A stretch of DNA of 64,000 bases, taken from NCBI RefSeq assembly GCF_000143415.4, contig NW_003314340.1, positions 800,161-864,160 on the forward strand, read 5' to 3'. The notes beneath the pieces are model-generated. The model ran no database searches and was not told the DNA's origin. It saw only the letters and a program-made list of their open reading frames with translations. The first letter of the stretch is position 1. Each line of letters starts with the position of its first letter. The stretch comes from Selaginella moellendorffii. Lineage: Eukaryota > Plantae > Lycopodiophyta. Shown piece by piece: positions 25,460-37,603 of this stretch. The position numbers and the translations under genes were made by a program.

Positions 25460-28276
25460 TTGATTTTGCAGTGCTCAACTTCTATTCAATGGAGCACTTC
25501 ATCTAAATGCGTCGGCCGCGTCTGTGCTCACACTGCTACAGACTGCTCCAAACCCGCACAGGAGAAAAAAGACAAGGATGTCTCGTCCCTACTATGTTCT
25601 TTAAAGGCGTCCAGAAGCATTGCCCAGGTTCGCAGAATTCATGCAGGCGCTGTAGAAACCGGAGTGTCCTCGAACGTTCGCATTGCAAGCAGCTTAATCA
25701 GGATGTATGCCAAGTGCGGCAGCATGTCGGAGGCCCGAGAAGTCTTTGACAGTATCCACCATCACGACGTGGTATGCTGGACCGCACTGATACTGGGATA
25801 TGTGGAAAACGGACAGGGAGAAGTGGCCCTTGGCGTTTTACTACAGATGCATCGCTCAGGCTGCAGTCCAAATGCTCGAACTTTCACAGCGGCGTTCAAG
25901 GCCTGCACAGTTCTAGCAGCAAAGGAACCGGGCATGCAAGTTGATGGAAAGACGCTGAAACTGAAGGCTTTGGAAAAAGGCATGGCTATTCACTCCCAGG
26001 CTCAGGATTTCAGTAGTGGAGATGCTTTCATTGGAAGTACTCTGGTAGAGATGTACTCCAAGTGTAGGAGCATGGTGGACGCTCACAGGGCCTTCGATGG
26101 GACACAGCATCGTGACGTAGTGCTCTGGACGGCATTGATGGTTGGCTACGTTGAGAACGAGCAGTATGCGACAGCGTTAGAACTACTTCAAGCCATGCAG
26201 TCCAACGGCTGTATGCCAAATTCTCGAAGTTATGTGGCTGCTCTCAAGGCGTGCTCGAGTCTTGCTGCTAGAGAAGAAAGCAGGGAGATAGATGGAGGTT
26301 TCGTGAAACTGGTGGCACTGGAGCAAGGCATGGCTTTGCATTGCCAGGCAGCTCAAAGTAACAAAAGTGGCAGTGGGGATTTGTTCGTGGGTAATATCTT
26401 GATCGACATGTACTCAACCTGTGGAAGTATGGTGGATGCGAGAGCAGTGTTTGACAAGATGGAACGTCACGACGTCGTCTCGTGGACAGCTCTCTTGTCG
26501 GGGTATGCTCAAAATGGGGATGGTGACACAGCGCTTGAGTTATTTGCAGCGATGAAGTCTGAGCCTTGTCTCCCAGATGCTCGAACGTTTGTTGCTTTAC
26601 TGAAGTCATGTGTTGCCCTTGCTGGTAGAGAAAAGCCAACGCCTGTCCATGGAAAGCTTGTGAAAGTTTGCTCGCTTGAGAAAGGGATGGCCATCCACTG
26701 TGAAGCTTCAAGCAGCAACTGTAAGTTCGATGTTTTCTTGGAAAACACTCTGATTGATATGTACTCCAACTGTGGCAGTGTGATGGACTTCAAGCTCGTC
26801 TTTGATCAGATGCAACGCCGGGATGTTGTGTCATGGAATGCGTTGATGCTTGGGTACGTTGAGAATTCGGAGTGTAAGGCTGCCTTACAGATGTTTTCGT
26901 CAATGCAGGAGGAAGGCTACAAACCAAACAGCCGAACGTTTGTTGCTGCAGTGAAGGCTTGCATCGGTTTGGCATTGGCCGAAGATGACACGAAAGTGGA
27001 CGGGAGGTTCATGAAAATAGGCGCCCTGGAGAAAGGTATGGCTATTCACTCTGAGAGCATGAATAGATTATGTGACTCGGATGTTTTTGTTTCCAGTAGT
27101 CTGATCGACATGTATGCAAAGTGTGGAAATATGATAGACGCCTCCAAGGTGTTTAACAAGATAGATCGACCAGGTGTGGTACCGTGGACGTCATTGATAC
27201 TGGGATATGCGGAGAATGGGAAAGCCGAGCTTGCGCTGGAGCTTTTCGTAGCCATGCAAGCAGAAAAGTGCCAGCCAAACTCTCAGACATTTGCTGTGGC
27301 TTTCAAGGCCTGTGCTTGGCTAGCAGAGAAAGAGGAGTTCACAGAAGCTGGCCAGGGGAAGCTTGTGAAGCTGGTTTCTCTTGAGAGAGCTTTTGCTCTT
27401 CATTCTCGAGCCCCGAGGGTACAGAACTTCGCAGACAGCAGCACGGTGGTCGTGGAGATGTATGCAAAGTGTGGCAGCACAGTGGACGCTCGGCGAGTTT
27501 TGGACGAAATGGAGTGCTGGAATCCAGCGTCCTGGTCAGCTCTTCTTGTGGGACACACCAGAAATGGAGAACTTGATGAGGCGATGGAACTGCTGTCCAC
27601 CATGCCTAAGTCGAGAGGAGGAGATCCACGAACTCTAGCAGCAGCACTCAAAGCTTGCAGTAGTGTTGGGGCCTGGCAACTGGGACGAAAAGCTCATGCA
27701 GAGATTTGCCGCTGTGGACTGGAGAGCAACCAAGTCATAGCGACATGCCTGGTTGACTTCTATTGCAAAGTTGGAAGTGTGGTTTCGGCTCAACAGGTTT
27801 TTGACTCAATGTTGTTGAAAGATCTTGTGGCTTGGACAGCACTTGTAGCTGGATATGGTCGCCAAGGAGATGCTGCCTCCATGTTTGAAAGCTTTCACAG
27901 CATGCGAGATTTTGGCCTTTGTCCTGATAGTTTTACATTCCTTTCGATCATCAGTGCTTGTAGCCATGCAGGACTTGTGAAACAGGGAAAGGAGTGCTTG
28001 TATGCAATGAAGATGAAATATGGGATTTGTCCTAGGCATGAGCACTACCATGGAGTGATTGATCTCTTGGGACGAATAAACCATTTGGATGAGGCAATGA
28101 TGGTGTTAGAATCTATGCCTCTAGAACCGAGCTGTGTAACTTGGACTACCATTTTGAACGCATGTAAGAAGTGGAAAAATATCAAAATTGGGAAGATTGC
28201 ATATAATGCTTTGGTGAAGATTGATAAAAGGAACAAAGCTGCATATACACTTATGGCTAATTTATATGGAAATTAA
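25460..28276 (+). CDS. PLS-class PPR protein with C-terminal E domain and five extended L motifs (short upstream exons from ~25040 likely)
   Basis: 938-aa ORF of repeating P-L-S triplets ending SACSHAGLV...HYHGVIDLLGR...MPLEPSCVTWTTILNACK...AAYTLMANLY; no DYW domain. Confidence 0.95.
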   Translation: MILQCSTSIQWSTSSKCVGRVCAHTATDCSKPAQEKKDKDVSSLLCSLKASRSIAQVRRIHAGAVETGVSSNVRIASSLIRMYAKCGSMSEAREVFDSIHHHDVVCWTALILGYVENGQGEVALGVLLQMHRSGCSPNARTFTAAFKACTVLAAKEPGMQVDGKTLKLKALEKGMAIHSQAQDFSSGDAFIGSTLVEMYSKCRSMVDAHRAFDGTQHRDVVLWTALMVGYVENEQYATALELLQAMQSNGCMPNSRSYVAALKACSSLAAREESREIDGGFVKLVALEQGMALHCQAAQSNKSGSGDLFVGNILIDMYSTCGSMVDARAVFDKMERHDVVSWTALLSGYAQNGDGDTALELFAAMKSEPCLPDARTFVALLKSCVALAGREKPTPVHGKLVKVCSLEKGMAIHCEASSSNCKFDVFLENTLIDMYSNCGSVMDFKLVFDQMQRRDVVSWNALMLGYVENSECKAALQMFSSMQEEGYKPNSRTFVAAVKACIGLALAEDDTKVDGRFMKIGALEKGMAIHSESMNRLCDSDVFVSSSLIDMYAKCGNMIDASKVFNKIDRPGVVPWTSLILGYAENGKAELALELFVAMQAEKCQPNSQTFAVAFKACAWLAEKEEFTEAGQGKLVKLVSLERAFALHSRAPRVQNFADSSTVVVEMYAKCGSTVDARRVLDEMECWNPASWSALLVGHTRNGELDEAMELLSTMPKSRGGDPRTLAAALKACSSVGAWQLGRKAHAEICRCGLESNQVIATCLVDFYCKVGSVVSAQQVFDSMLLKDLVAWTALVAGYGRQGDAASMFESFHSMRDFGLCPDSFTFLSIISACSHAGLVKQGKECLYAMKMKYGICPRHEHYHGVIDLLGRINHLDEAMMVLESMPLEPSCVTWTTILNACKKWKNIKIGKIAYNALVKIDKRNKAAYTLMANLYGN

Positions 28277-28539
28277 CATTTGCATGTTTGGTGAAAGAAC
28301 AAATGTTAGCGGCTGTGACCAAGAAAGCACCAATGAAGCACTCCATTATAATATGTGAAGATAAAAAAGCTCTTATTCAATACCTCAATTTTGGTGATAA
28401 TGTTTCTCATCCCACTACTAAACAGATCAAGTGGAATCCCATGCACTGCACATAAATTTCATCTTTACATGACATTGTAAAAAGAAAGTTATAGAATATT
28501 TATCTCAAACAATATAAATTAATTGTTAGAAAAATGCCT

Positions 28540-29200
28540 TTATATCTTCTAGACTTCTGCAAAGCTCTAATCTCTTCTCTTGTATCCAAGGCCCATGCAA
28601 GACCCAGCAATTCCATTTCCTAGAATTGGACCTGAAGTGAAGCTCACTAGATTGGAGAACAATGATCTTCGCTTCAAGTCCTTTGCTTTTCGAAAATGAT
28701 AGAGCTCAACATCGCAAAAAAGATGGTGGGTTTGAAGGCTTTCGAGAAATACAAGAGTAGTCTAGACTCTGAATCCTCGGCTGTTACGTCGCCCGCGAGC
28801 CTTCTCAAACCTGCACCCTCCCGAGCGGCCTGGGATACGCACAGCAAGAAAGAAGAAAACTAAGAAACAGGGATTACTCTCTTGTGTCCAGTGTGGCCAG
28901 AAGCGCGAGCTCGTCGAACGTGAGGCATTTTCTTCCGGTCCTCACGCGAGTACCACTGTCATCTGCGAGTCTGTCATTGTCGACAGCGATCTTAAACTCC
29001 TGTTTCACCATATTTTCCATGTCCATGGCGAGGCGGGAGAGTGACATTGTGATTTTACTCAGGTCCTTCTGACCAAGGAAAGTAAGAAAATGCGTGAGAA
29101 ATCGGCAACCGCTATAGATCCAATGCCAAATCACACGCACTCACCTTGACGAGCAGCTTGAGGTAGGCTAGCGGATCCAATTCCTGGCTTGACCTAGATG
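28540..29200 (-). pseudogene. Unassigned small multi-exon sequence with an internally repeated ..LDTRE motif
   Basis: Exon-like blocks with GT-AG borders; ELALLATLDTRE (~28880) and ELLGLAWALDTREE (~28575); stops present. Confidence 0.3.
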
Positions 29201-29699
29201 AAAGCAATATTTTAATTTTTTTTAAAGTTAAACCTGTTTAGTTAGACAAATGAACTTGATATTGAATTAAATCAAAGGGAAGCGATGTGTCTTTTTCTAC
29301 CAGAGTCGTAGGGTACACGATGTGCTAACCAAACTATACATCACGCCTACATGGGACTGATGATGCCACTCCGTGACGCCCATATTTTTTTGCTTTTTTT
29401 TTGGCTTTGTTGCTATCTGAGCTTGTGTTGCTACTTTCATGATTGGGAAGCAGACACATTCAGCTGAATGCATTGACTATCAGTCTTGAATATTTGTCCT
29501 TTGGGCCATCAGTCGAGTCACTATTCTCCACTCAACTCCACCCCCACTCCACTGATCCCAAACATTCCACCGGAGATAAAAACATTCCACTGGAGATAAT
29601 CTCAAGAACTTTTGGCGTGATTTTCGATCCGCCAGAGACGAGTCCATCTCCTGCAAGTTGAAGGGTCAGGGGCCTTTTACTTTAGTCGAATTACTTTCG

Positions 29700-30830
29700 A
29701 TTATTATTACAAGCTCTGCTCCAAGCAACATTCATTTCAAATGCAACATGAGTGAAGGAAAAGGTGGCGGTCATCTCTTTCAAAAAGGTGGAGCACAAGC
29801 AGATGTTGATTGCTGGGAGCCCGAGAAACTGCGGAAGAAAGCATACAAAAAGAAAAGCAGGAGAACTCTTTGTCAACGATATTGGAATGCCATACGTGGT
29901 ACACATTGTGGCCAGCCAGCGAAAGAGGGCAACGTACAAGACGCTTTCGTGAGTCGCGAGGTTTTCTTCGCTGGGCATGCCACCGACCTTCGAGTCGAAC
30001 GAGCTCACGAGATTATGTGTCGGAACTCAATACTGCAGCTTTTCCGCTCTCATGTTACGCGTGGAGCAGAGGTTTCTCCATCGCAGCCTCCAAGATTCGA
30101 TGGACCTTTGACAAAAAGACATGCCCAAGATTTGCGACTGCGAAGTCTGGGCAGCAGAATTGGCCAACTTCATAGCTCCATGACTCCAAACTCCCCATCT
30201 TTCCAAGGCTCCAAACCAGGAATGGACCGCTCAACATTGACGCATGCATGTGGTGTTTACGCCCAAGATGAGTTCTTCAGAATTGCTTGATTTCCTTCTG
30301 TTATCTTAAGTTTGTGTGATGGACTTTGTATCTAAGGTGGCAAAGAAAAAACAAGACGAGGGGCTTCTGAAAGGGATGGATGCACGCCTATCGCATGCCT
30401 TTGACGTTTCAAACCAATCCGGTGCGCTGTGTGTAATGAAAGGTATTAAGCTGTTTGCTAGCGCTGTAGTGAAGCCTGAAGCTTCGGAGCTGCTGGGAGT
30501 TGCGGGCCGAGTTGAAACGTCTGGATGCATCGATCGATGGATGGGTTGATGTACCAAAGTGAAACATCTCCATCGCATCACGGCATATGTAGATCTCGAT
30601 TTCATCAAACTGGGGGGGTTTAGATGCCGTGCAATTTCACTTGTTCCACACATTTTTTTGGTGTGCTCCTTGAGAGACCATCTTCGTTTCCCCGACGCAC
30701 AGGCCGTGGTAGTTTGATTTGTTTGGTGGTGGCCGTAAAATATTTCTTTGAAGTCCAAAGTTTTTGTATCTGTCGACCCAGTCCTCTAGTTTCGATTCCG
30801 ATCTGATAGACTCACACATATACGAATGTA
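29700..30830 (+). pseudogene. Unassigned, apparently intronless, frameshifted coding-like tract
   Basis: Chain of overlapping plus-strand ORFs (29752, 29658, 30316) with coding-like composition; family not recognised. Confidence 0.3.
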
Positions 30831-31873
30831 TAAACAGAATATGCACTTATAATTTCCGGCACGGCTTTGACCACTCTAGACGGTAGCTTGTTCACGAATC
30901 CTGATCATTATCCAAATGCAACTTGGTAAAGCAAAGACTTCCTTTTCATTACATCACCATAACTTTCCGGCAGTTCGTATAATATGACAAGCTCGACGAT
31001 GGTCTTTCTCGGTGGCACTGCTGTAGTGCAAATATGTTAAGAGAGCTTGGATAGGCTCTCCATCGTCGTCTGGAAATCACGTGGCAAGATTCTCATGCGT
31101 GCTCTGCTCTTGGAATTTCTGGGAGTGTCTTGTCCGACTGTCTCCTTCGCTGTGATCTTCTTTTCTCTTTTGGTTAAATTTTTTTTCCTTGGTGGTACAC
31201 TTGAATCATTTGGAAACAACCAAAGGTACCGTATACATATCGATTAGCCGAGAAACTATCAAACTTCAAATGTATAATTTGACTGGATTGCTGCTGCTGA
31301 CACAACGAATGATCAACGCTGGAAAACCCATAACAAAATACTTAGTGAGAAGTTTTGATAAGTATTTAAGCTCAGGGAAGCTTCTCTTTCAGTTGCCGAA
31401 ATTGTGGAGATTTTAAATCCAAGGCCGTTAGCTGTTCGAAAACCGACACCATTGCGAGGCGGGCATTTTGCAAATTTTTAGCAAAAACCACACCGTGTTT
31501 CTGTCCCAACACGCTTGCTAAATTGTTATTATAATTCTCCCACTGGAAAAAGCTGGCTAAGCCAAGAAGCCACAAGTTTGTTTGTCGGGAACAAGGATTT
31601 GGGAGCTTCAAACCCAGGAAAAACCACGTCAATTTCGTGGGAACCTTTCCCGGATTCCTTCTCCGAAAAGCCAAAAAAACGGCCCAGAGAGGAAAAAAAG
31701 AAGAAAAACTCCTTGCACTTCCATCTTTGATCCCTAAGCAGCCGCCGCCAAGGATATCCCCTCCATGGATGGGGAATCTCAAGGCTTTTGTCGACGTGGG
31801 AAACGACGAGTGACAAAAGGTGGCGGTGAAAATGAAAATGCCACACAGAAAAGTATAGAGACAAGAGAGGGTT

Positions 31874-31874
31874 T

Positions 31875-31918
<44 letters not shown>
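31874..31918. repeat. (CT)n/(GA)n microsatellite upstream of the NAC gene
   Basis: Direct reading of the sequence. Confidence 0.9.
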
Positions 31919-31921
<3 letters not shown>

Positions 31922-33120
31922 GAAACGTTGTTATATGAGCCATCAGAATTGTTGGTTGGCTGGCTGGCTGGATTGGATCGAAGGGAACCAACAAATTTTG
32001 GGGAAGAAGAGGGCGAGAAGCCATGAATAACTGTGAATTGATCGACCCCATGGATCGATCTGGAGAAAGATTGATGGAGAAAGAGATTCAAGCTACATTC
32101 ATGAATGTTTCTCATTCAGTGTGGGTACAAGCGTGGTTTTTGTCTGTTTTTCGCGTGGGCGTGTTTGTATATAGAACAAAGTAGAAGAATTGTTCATGGA
32201 TGTCCTCTATTCAGCTGAGTATCCAGCACCACCACCGTATTGACTTTGAAGGCAAAATTATAATATACTATTTGATCAAGAGACAAAGTTTAGAGGTAAG
32301 AACAGGAAAAAAAAAACGCAGGGGGCGCTTTTGTTCACATTTGATAAAAAGGTATAGTTTCCGCGGGTTGGAAGTATGCACGCAATTCCCTCAATACCAA
32401 TGAAACCGACACCAAAACTAATTTAGAATTTCTACTTCAGAGAGAAAACATTAAGGGTACAAAAGTAATAAATAAAAATAATAATAAACAAACCAGCGTG
32501 AATTATGCTCCAATCATATGGCTGCGGCGCAGTCAAGTTTACTCCAATCCAATGCGTCTCTCCAAGTTAGAACATTTCTAGCTAAGCATGCTTTAGTTAA
32601 TATAATCTGTAGTTTAACCAGATAAAAATAATGAGAGGATAAGAGTAAAGAAAATATTCCATTGAATTAAAAATTCATCAAAGTCCGAGTCAAATAAATT
32701 GTTACTTGTGTAGGTTGAGGGCTCATTTCCAAGAAACACTGGTGAGTGAGAAGTGCTCCTACTTCGAGCAGCCATTCTTTCTCCTGTTTCGATATAGTCT
32801 TCTCTCACACACTCCATCATCACAGTGCGCACGAACACATCGAGAAAAGATAGAATTAGGATCAATCAATCAATCGCGGCGTCAATCATAGTTTGTCCAC
32901 TGCAGGACCAGGGCCGCGAGAAGAAAAAGAGAAGAACGAAAAAGGGGGGCTGGGATTCGGGAAGAGCTCGAGCTTTGATTGAGTTGAATTCCATTGGCGG
33001 TGGTGTCGCTAGCAAAAGCTTCGATCAATCTCGAGGCTCACGTTCGGCTTTGGAGGGAAGAAGAGAAGGAGAAGAGGAAGTTTGTTTTGGGTCGTCATTC
33101 GAGAGGGATTTGTTCTGAGC

Positions 33121-34753
33121 ATGAGCGCCATGGTGGTGCAGCAGCAGCAGCAGCAGCAAGGAAGCAATCGATCCAGGCCTCCTCCAAACATTTGGCTTCC
33201 ACCGGGATTCCGGTTCCATCCTACCGACAACGAGCTCATCACCTTCTACCTCGTCAAGAAGGTCGTCAACACAAAATTCGTGGCGCACGCCATCGCCGAG
33301 GTCGATCTCAACAAGTTCGAGCCATGGGATCTACCCGGTAAGGAGGAACTCTCTCATCTTCTCTCGCATTCGCTTCTATCATTTCCTCTCACTCTCTCGA
33401 CGTTCTTGGGCTTGAATTTGCTGCATTGCATTCATGGCATTCCAAGGAACTTGGAATCGATCACTTGGGTCGAGTTGCCTGGACGAAATTCCTCTAAAAA
33501 TCTCTCCTTTGTTCTTTTTTCTTTCCCGGCAGAGAAAGCAAACATGGGAGAGAAGGAATGGTACTTCTTTAGCTTGAGGGACCGTAAGTACCCGACGGGG
33601 ATGCGTACGAATCGGGCAACCGAGGCCGGCTACTGGAAAGCAACCGGCAAAGATCGAGATGTCCGAGGAGGAGGAGGATCCAACGTCAACAACAGCAACA
33701 GCAATGGATCCGGAACTTCTCTCGTGGGCATGAAGAAAACGCTGGTTTTCTACCGGGGCCGCGCTCCCCGGGGCGAGAAAACCAATTGGGTCATGCACGA
33801 GTATCGGTTGGAAGGCAAGACCGCCTACTTGTATGGATCCAGAGCCGCCAAGGTGAGTAATTTCTCGCGCCAATACCTAATGCTCTGTTTTTTTAAGCGT
33901 GTTCTTCGTGTGTTCTTCGTGTGTTCTTCGTGTGTTCTTCGTTCGTGTTCTTCGCTTGTTCTTCGTGCGTTCTCGTGTTCTTCCTTTCTTTGTTCTTTGT
34001 TCTTTCGTGTTCTTCCTTTGTTCTTCGTTTGTTCGATGAATCATGGGATTGACTTCTCTTTTGTCTGAATCCCAGGAGGAATGGGTGGTGTGTCGGATCT
34101 TCCAAAAGAAGGCCTTGGCCGCCGCCAAGCTGAGGGCATTGTCCGAGGACAACGCCGCCACCACCACCGGCGCGGCACACGACTCGGACGATCACGAGGT
34201 TCCTTGCTCGCCCAGCGCCGCCACCGCCAAGCCCGAGCTGGACGATCACTTGTCTTGCATTTCCGGCGTCGACGATCAGCAGCAGCAGCACCAGTGCTCC
34301 AAGAACTTCCCCGGCCTCTACAGCACGGGAGACTTTGCCAAGCTCTTCGATCCCGAGTTCCTCCCGCCGCTACGATCATCCCAGGTGAGCCCCTACGCCA
34401 CCAACGCGAGCTCGTGCTATAGCAACAAGGGATCGTCCTTGACAAAGTCGTGCAAGAGCGAGCCTTACGCCGCCGCCATCCCGCCGCCTCTCGCCGACAT
34501 TAGCAGCCCCAGCGCCGCCGCCGCATACAACGCGTTTGCGGGCTTCGTGGGCGATCACGCAGCTCTAAACTTCTCCTCCTCGTCCTCCTTCGATTCATCA
34601 CACTCCACCTCCCAGCAGCAGCAGCCATTCTTCCAGCAGCATTCCGCCGCCACTGCTGATCAAGGCTTCATCAACGAGTTCCTCTTTAGCCGCTTCCTGG
34701 CCGACCCATCGTCCTCGAGCTCCTCGGATTTGGACCAGCTCTACGCGTTCTAA
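33121..34753 (+). CDS. NAC transcription factor, NAM/CUC-like, 3 exons (33121-33337, ~33531-33852, 34076-34753)
   Basis: [95 protein letters not shown]. Confidence 0.95.
33898..34035 (+). repeat. Intronic ~11-bp tandem repeat (gtgttcttcgt)n
   Basis: Several perfect copies, then degenerating copies, in NAC intron 2. Confidence 0.85.
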
Positions 34754-35697
34754 TCTGACAAGACGAACCAACAACAACATCGACAGATCTCCAGGTCGTC
34801 TTTCCTTCCATCAAAGGTTGGTGTACAGATTGTTTTCCCAGGTGATCTAGCAGCTCAAAAACTATCATACGTGAATTATATCAGATACATAGAAGACTGT
34901 ACATGACAAAGATCAGGGTATAGTGATCGTATTCATACGAGGTGGCTTTCAGATACAATCACAGACAATGATCTTAGAGACAGGAAACTATTCATGTTCT
35001 TTCAATTCAGCTTCCAGATAATGAACAAGCTTATCCATTTGCCAAAGCTTGTAGATTATAAAACAATACTATCAAAGGCTGCGCAGCTATCAAGTCTTTG
35101 AGTCAGTAAGATACCATTCGAGACTGCTGCGCTTGTTTGTAGCTGGAAAATCTGGAGGAAGAACCAAAAAGAACTGGAGAGAAGAAACACGTTGCGATTC
35201 CGGGTTGGGTGGAGGGAAGCTACCTCATAACTGAGCAGTGTTGTGTTTGTGTCAAACTTCTCTCCTCCAGTGCTGGCGCTTTGCATTGGCGCCAAGGATT
35301 GAGGAGATGACGAGTTTGTCTTACGACAGCATCAGCTCGATACCCCGCGCTCATCTTCTAGACCTGAGATCATCCGCGAGAGTTAAAGTAAAAAACGTAA
35401 CTTGCCAAATACCTTTGTTTTTAGCGAGCATTAGCCTCCAACGTGGGACCTGCCCGAGCAAGTCGGCTAGCTGTGCGTTTCCCAGAAAACCAAATCCTTT
35501 TTTGTTCTCCCACCTAGAAAACACAGATCCAGTCATTCTCACCACCGCTTGATTGGATTTCAACAGTATCGAAGGAATCCAAATCAGCGCAATGCTGTAA
35601 AGCAACCGACTGCACAGGAGAGGCTCACAATCTATAGTCACTTCCATTTTAAAGTCAAAGATAAAATGTACCAAAACTTTTTACGTCGCCTCCTTGT

Positions 35698-37447
35698 CTA
35701 ATGGACAACTTGGCCTTGGAGAGCCACTGGTACACCGTTTGTAGCTCTTGCATTCTCCACACTTCTTGTCACATTCCAAATATTTTCCTAAAAAAAAAGA
35801 AAAAAACTTGTTAGAGGTCCCTGTACTGGATCTGAAAGAGGAATACCTTCCAAACCGCCAGCTTCGCCCGGAGCTCTTTCCATTGCGTGGGGCCGAACAC
35901 CCTCTCCGTGCAGCGGCTGCATTCGAAAAATCTGTGTAGTCAGTCCGCTGTAGCAATCACTAAAAAAGTGACCTTATGACAACATGTTGATGCATTTGAT
36001 CCATTTTTGCATCCAACATCTTCGTTGCTATTCCCTTGACGATCCAATATTCGACTTCATCATCTCCGACCTGGCGGGTTTTGTTTCGTACTGATTTCAT
36101 TCGACAAGAAAAGGACAAAGGAAAAAATGCTTACCTTTAATGCATCCTTGATCGTTACATAAGGGATTTCCCGCGAGGCTTTGGAGGCAAGCCCGGCCAG
36201 TGACATAAGTCGCATCTTTGTGATGCACTCCTCATGCACCAATCCTGCGCATGCCGCCTAGTCAGAACAAATACGTGACCAAGGCTGAATCATACCGTAG
36301 TTTTTAAACAGATTTGGATTGGAGGCTTGAAACTCTAGATATGCATCCAGGCGAGAAGTCAAAAAGATCTCAAGAAGCCGATAAACTGGGGCATACTTGG
36401 AATCCTTTTCAAGCTGACAAACAGCTGCCATGTCTAGCAGGTCACACTGAAACACCAAAGTTTAGAGAAAGGAGATGAGACGAAAGTAGTAAGAGAAAAC
36501 CTGGAACATGTCTGGTGCTTTCACAAACTCAATGATTGCTCTCACAGCTTCCTCCTTCGCTTCTCCAAGGGTCTGATTGTCCTCTCCAGAAAATGTAGCC
36601 AGGTACTTCAGCAAGAAGCTGAAAGAGTCTTTCGCAGAGCTGCAAAACAGAAACGCGTTTGAGGAGAAAATGCGCTTAGAACAAAGTGCCAGTGTCATAC
36701 CTTTTACCATCTTTCAAGATATTCGTGATGGCAAGAAACAGTTTTCTCTTCTCTGCCTTGGCGATGTTCCACTCTTTTAAGAACGCATCCATCCGCTTGA
36801 AAGACGGGGTCACCAGCTCTGTGACTTTTCCATTAACAGCAAAATCCACAGCTCTCTTGAATGTAAGGAAACGTCCATACGGATTGTCAAGAACGTTGTA
36901 TAAGTTGAAAAGACTGTTCAAAAGAAAAAAAGAAGAAAGAAGAAACCATTAGCACGAATGCTCTAATCGAACAGGAGCTTACATTCTCAAACGAAGTGCC
37001 GGCTTATCAGTTACATTCGGTGTAACTTTCGAAGCAATCTGATCAGCCATCGCGAGAGCCTCATCTGGACTCCTGGCCTTGGACACTAGATTCGTTATCA
37101 CAGAGAACACAGCCTCGGAATCTAGACAGACAAAGGAAACTCCTTTAACTCCAACAAAATACAAAGAACGATCAAACCTTTCTCGGGAGTGTTGCTCAAA
37201 ACCATCTCCGACGACGTCAAGAGCAACGACACAAGCTCCGACCACCGATTCTCCACGGCCAGATTCTCAGCCTCCTCGCAAATGCGGGAGATCTCAGCCT
37301 CCGCGACCTAGAGAAGAAATTTCCTGAGCAGGAAGACAAAGATCAGCCACTTACATCAGCGCCAGCTTTGGCCCACGCGACATCAGCTGTGAATCGCGCC
37401 ACGGCGAGCACCGGATCCTCCTCGCCAGTCTCCACGAGCGTCGTCAT
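35698..37447 (-). CDS. eIF3M: Translation initiation factor 3 subunit M (PCI domain), multi-exon
   Basis: MTTLVETGEEDPVLAVARF, DKPALRLR, LFNLYNVLDNPYGRF, AKEEAVRAIIEFVKAPDMFQCDLLDM, KMRLMSLAGLAS, RVFGPTQWKELRAKLAVWK. Confidence 0.9.
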
Positions 37448-37603
37448 GCTGGGCGACTAGGGCTAAAGTGAATATTCCTTCCCCATAAACCCTAGTTTTA
37501 AACCAGAGAATATGCCAAGGCAATGCGTCAGGGGTTCGATCCTCGTTATGAAACCCTAAAATGGGGCTAGAGTAGAAGCAGGGATTTGGGGAGGGAGGGA
37601 GCG
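37448..37603. promoter_or_regulatory. Putative bidirectional promoter with two telo-boxes
   Basis: 156 bp between the divergent ATGs; aaaccctag at ~37487 and aaaccctaa at ~37551. Confidence 0.7.

Noticed and set aside
31372-32115. 247-aa minus-strand ORF upstream of the NAC gene
   Set aside because: It reads through a (GA)n microsatellite and low-complexity promoter-like DNA and has no domain features
33898-34035. Short repeats here and at 46525-46720 superficially resembling a CRISPR array
   Set aside because: They are eukaryotic intronic tandem repeats without unique spacers, and there are no cas genes
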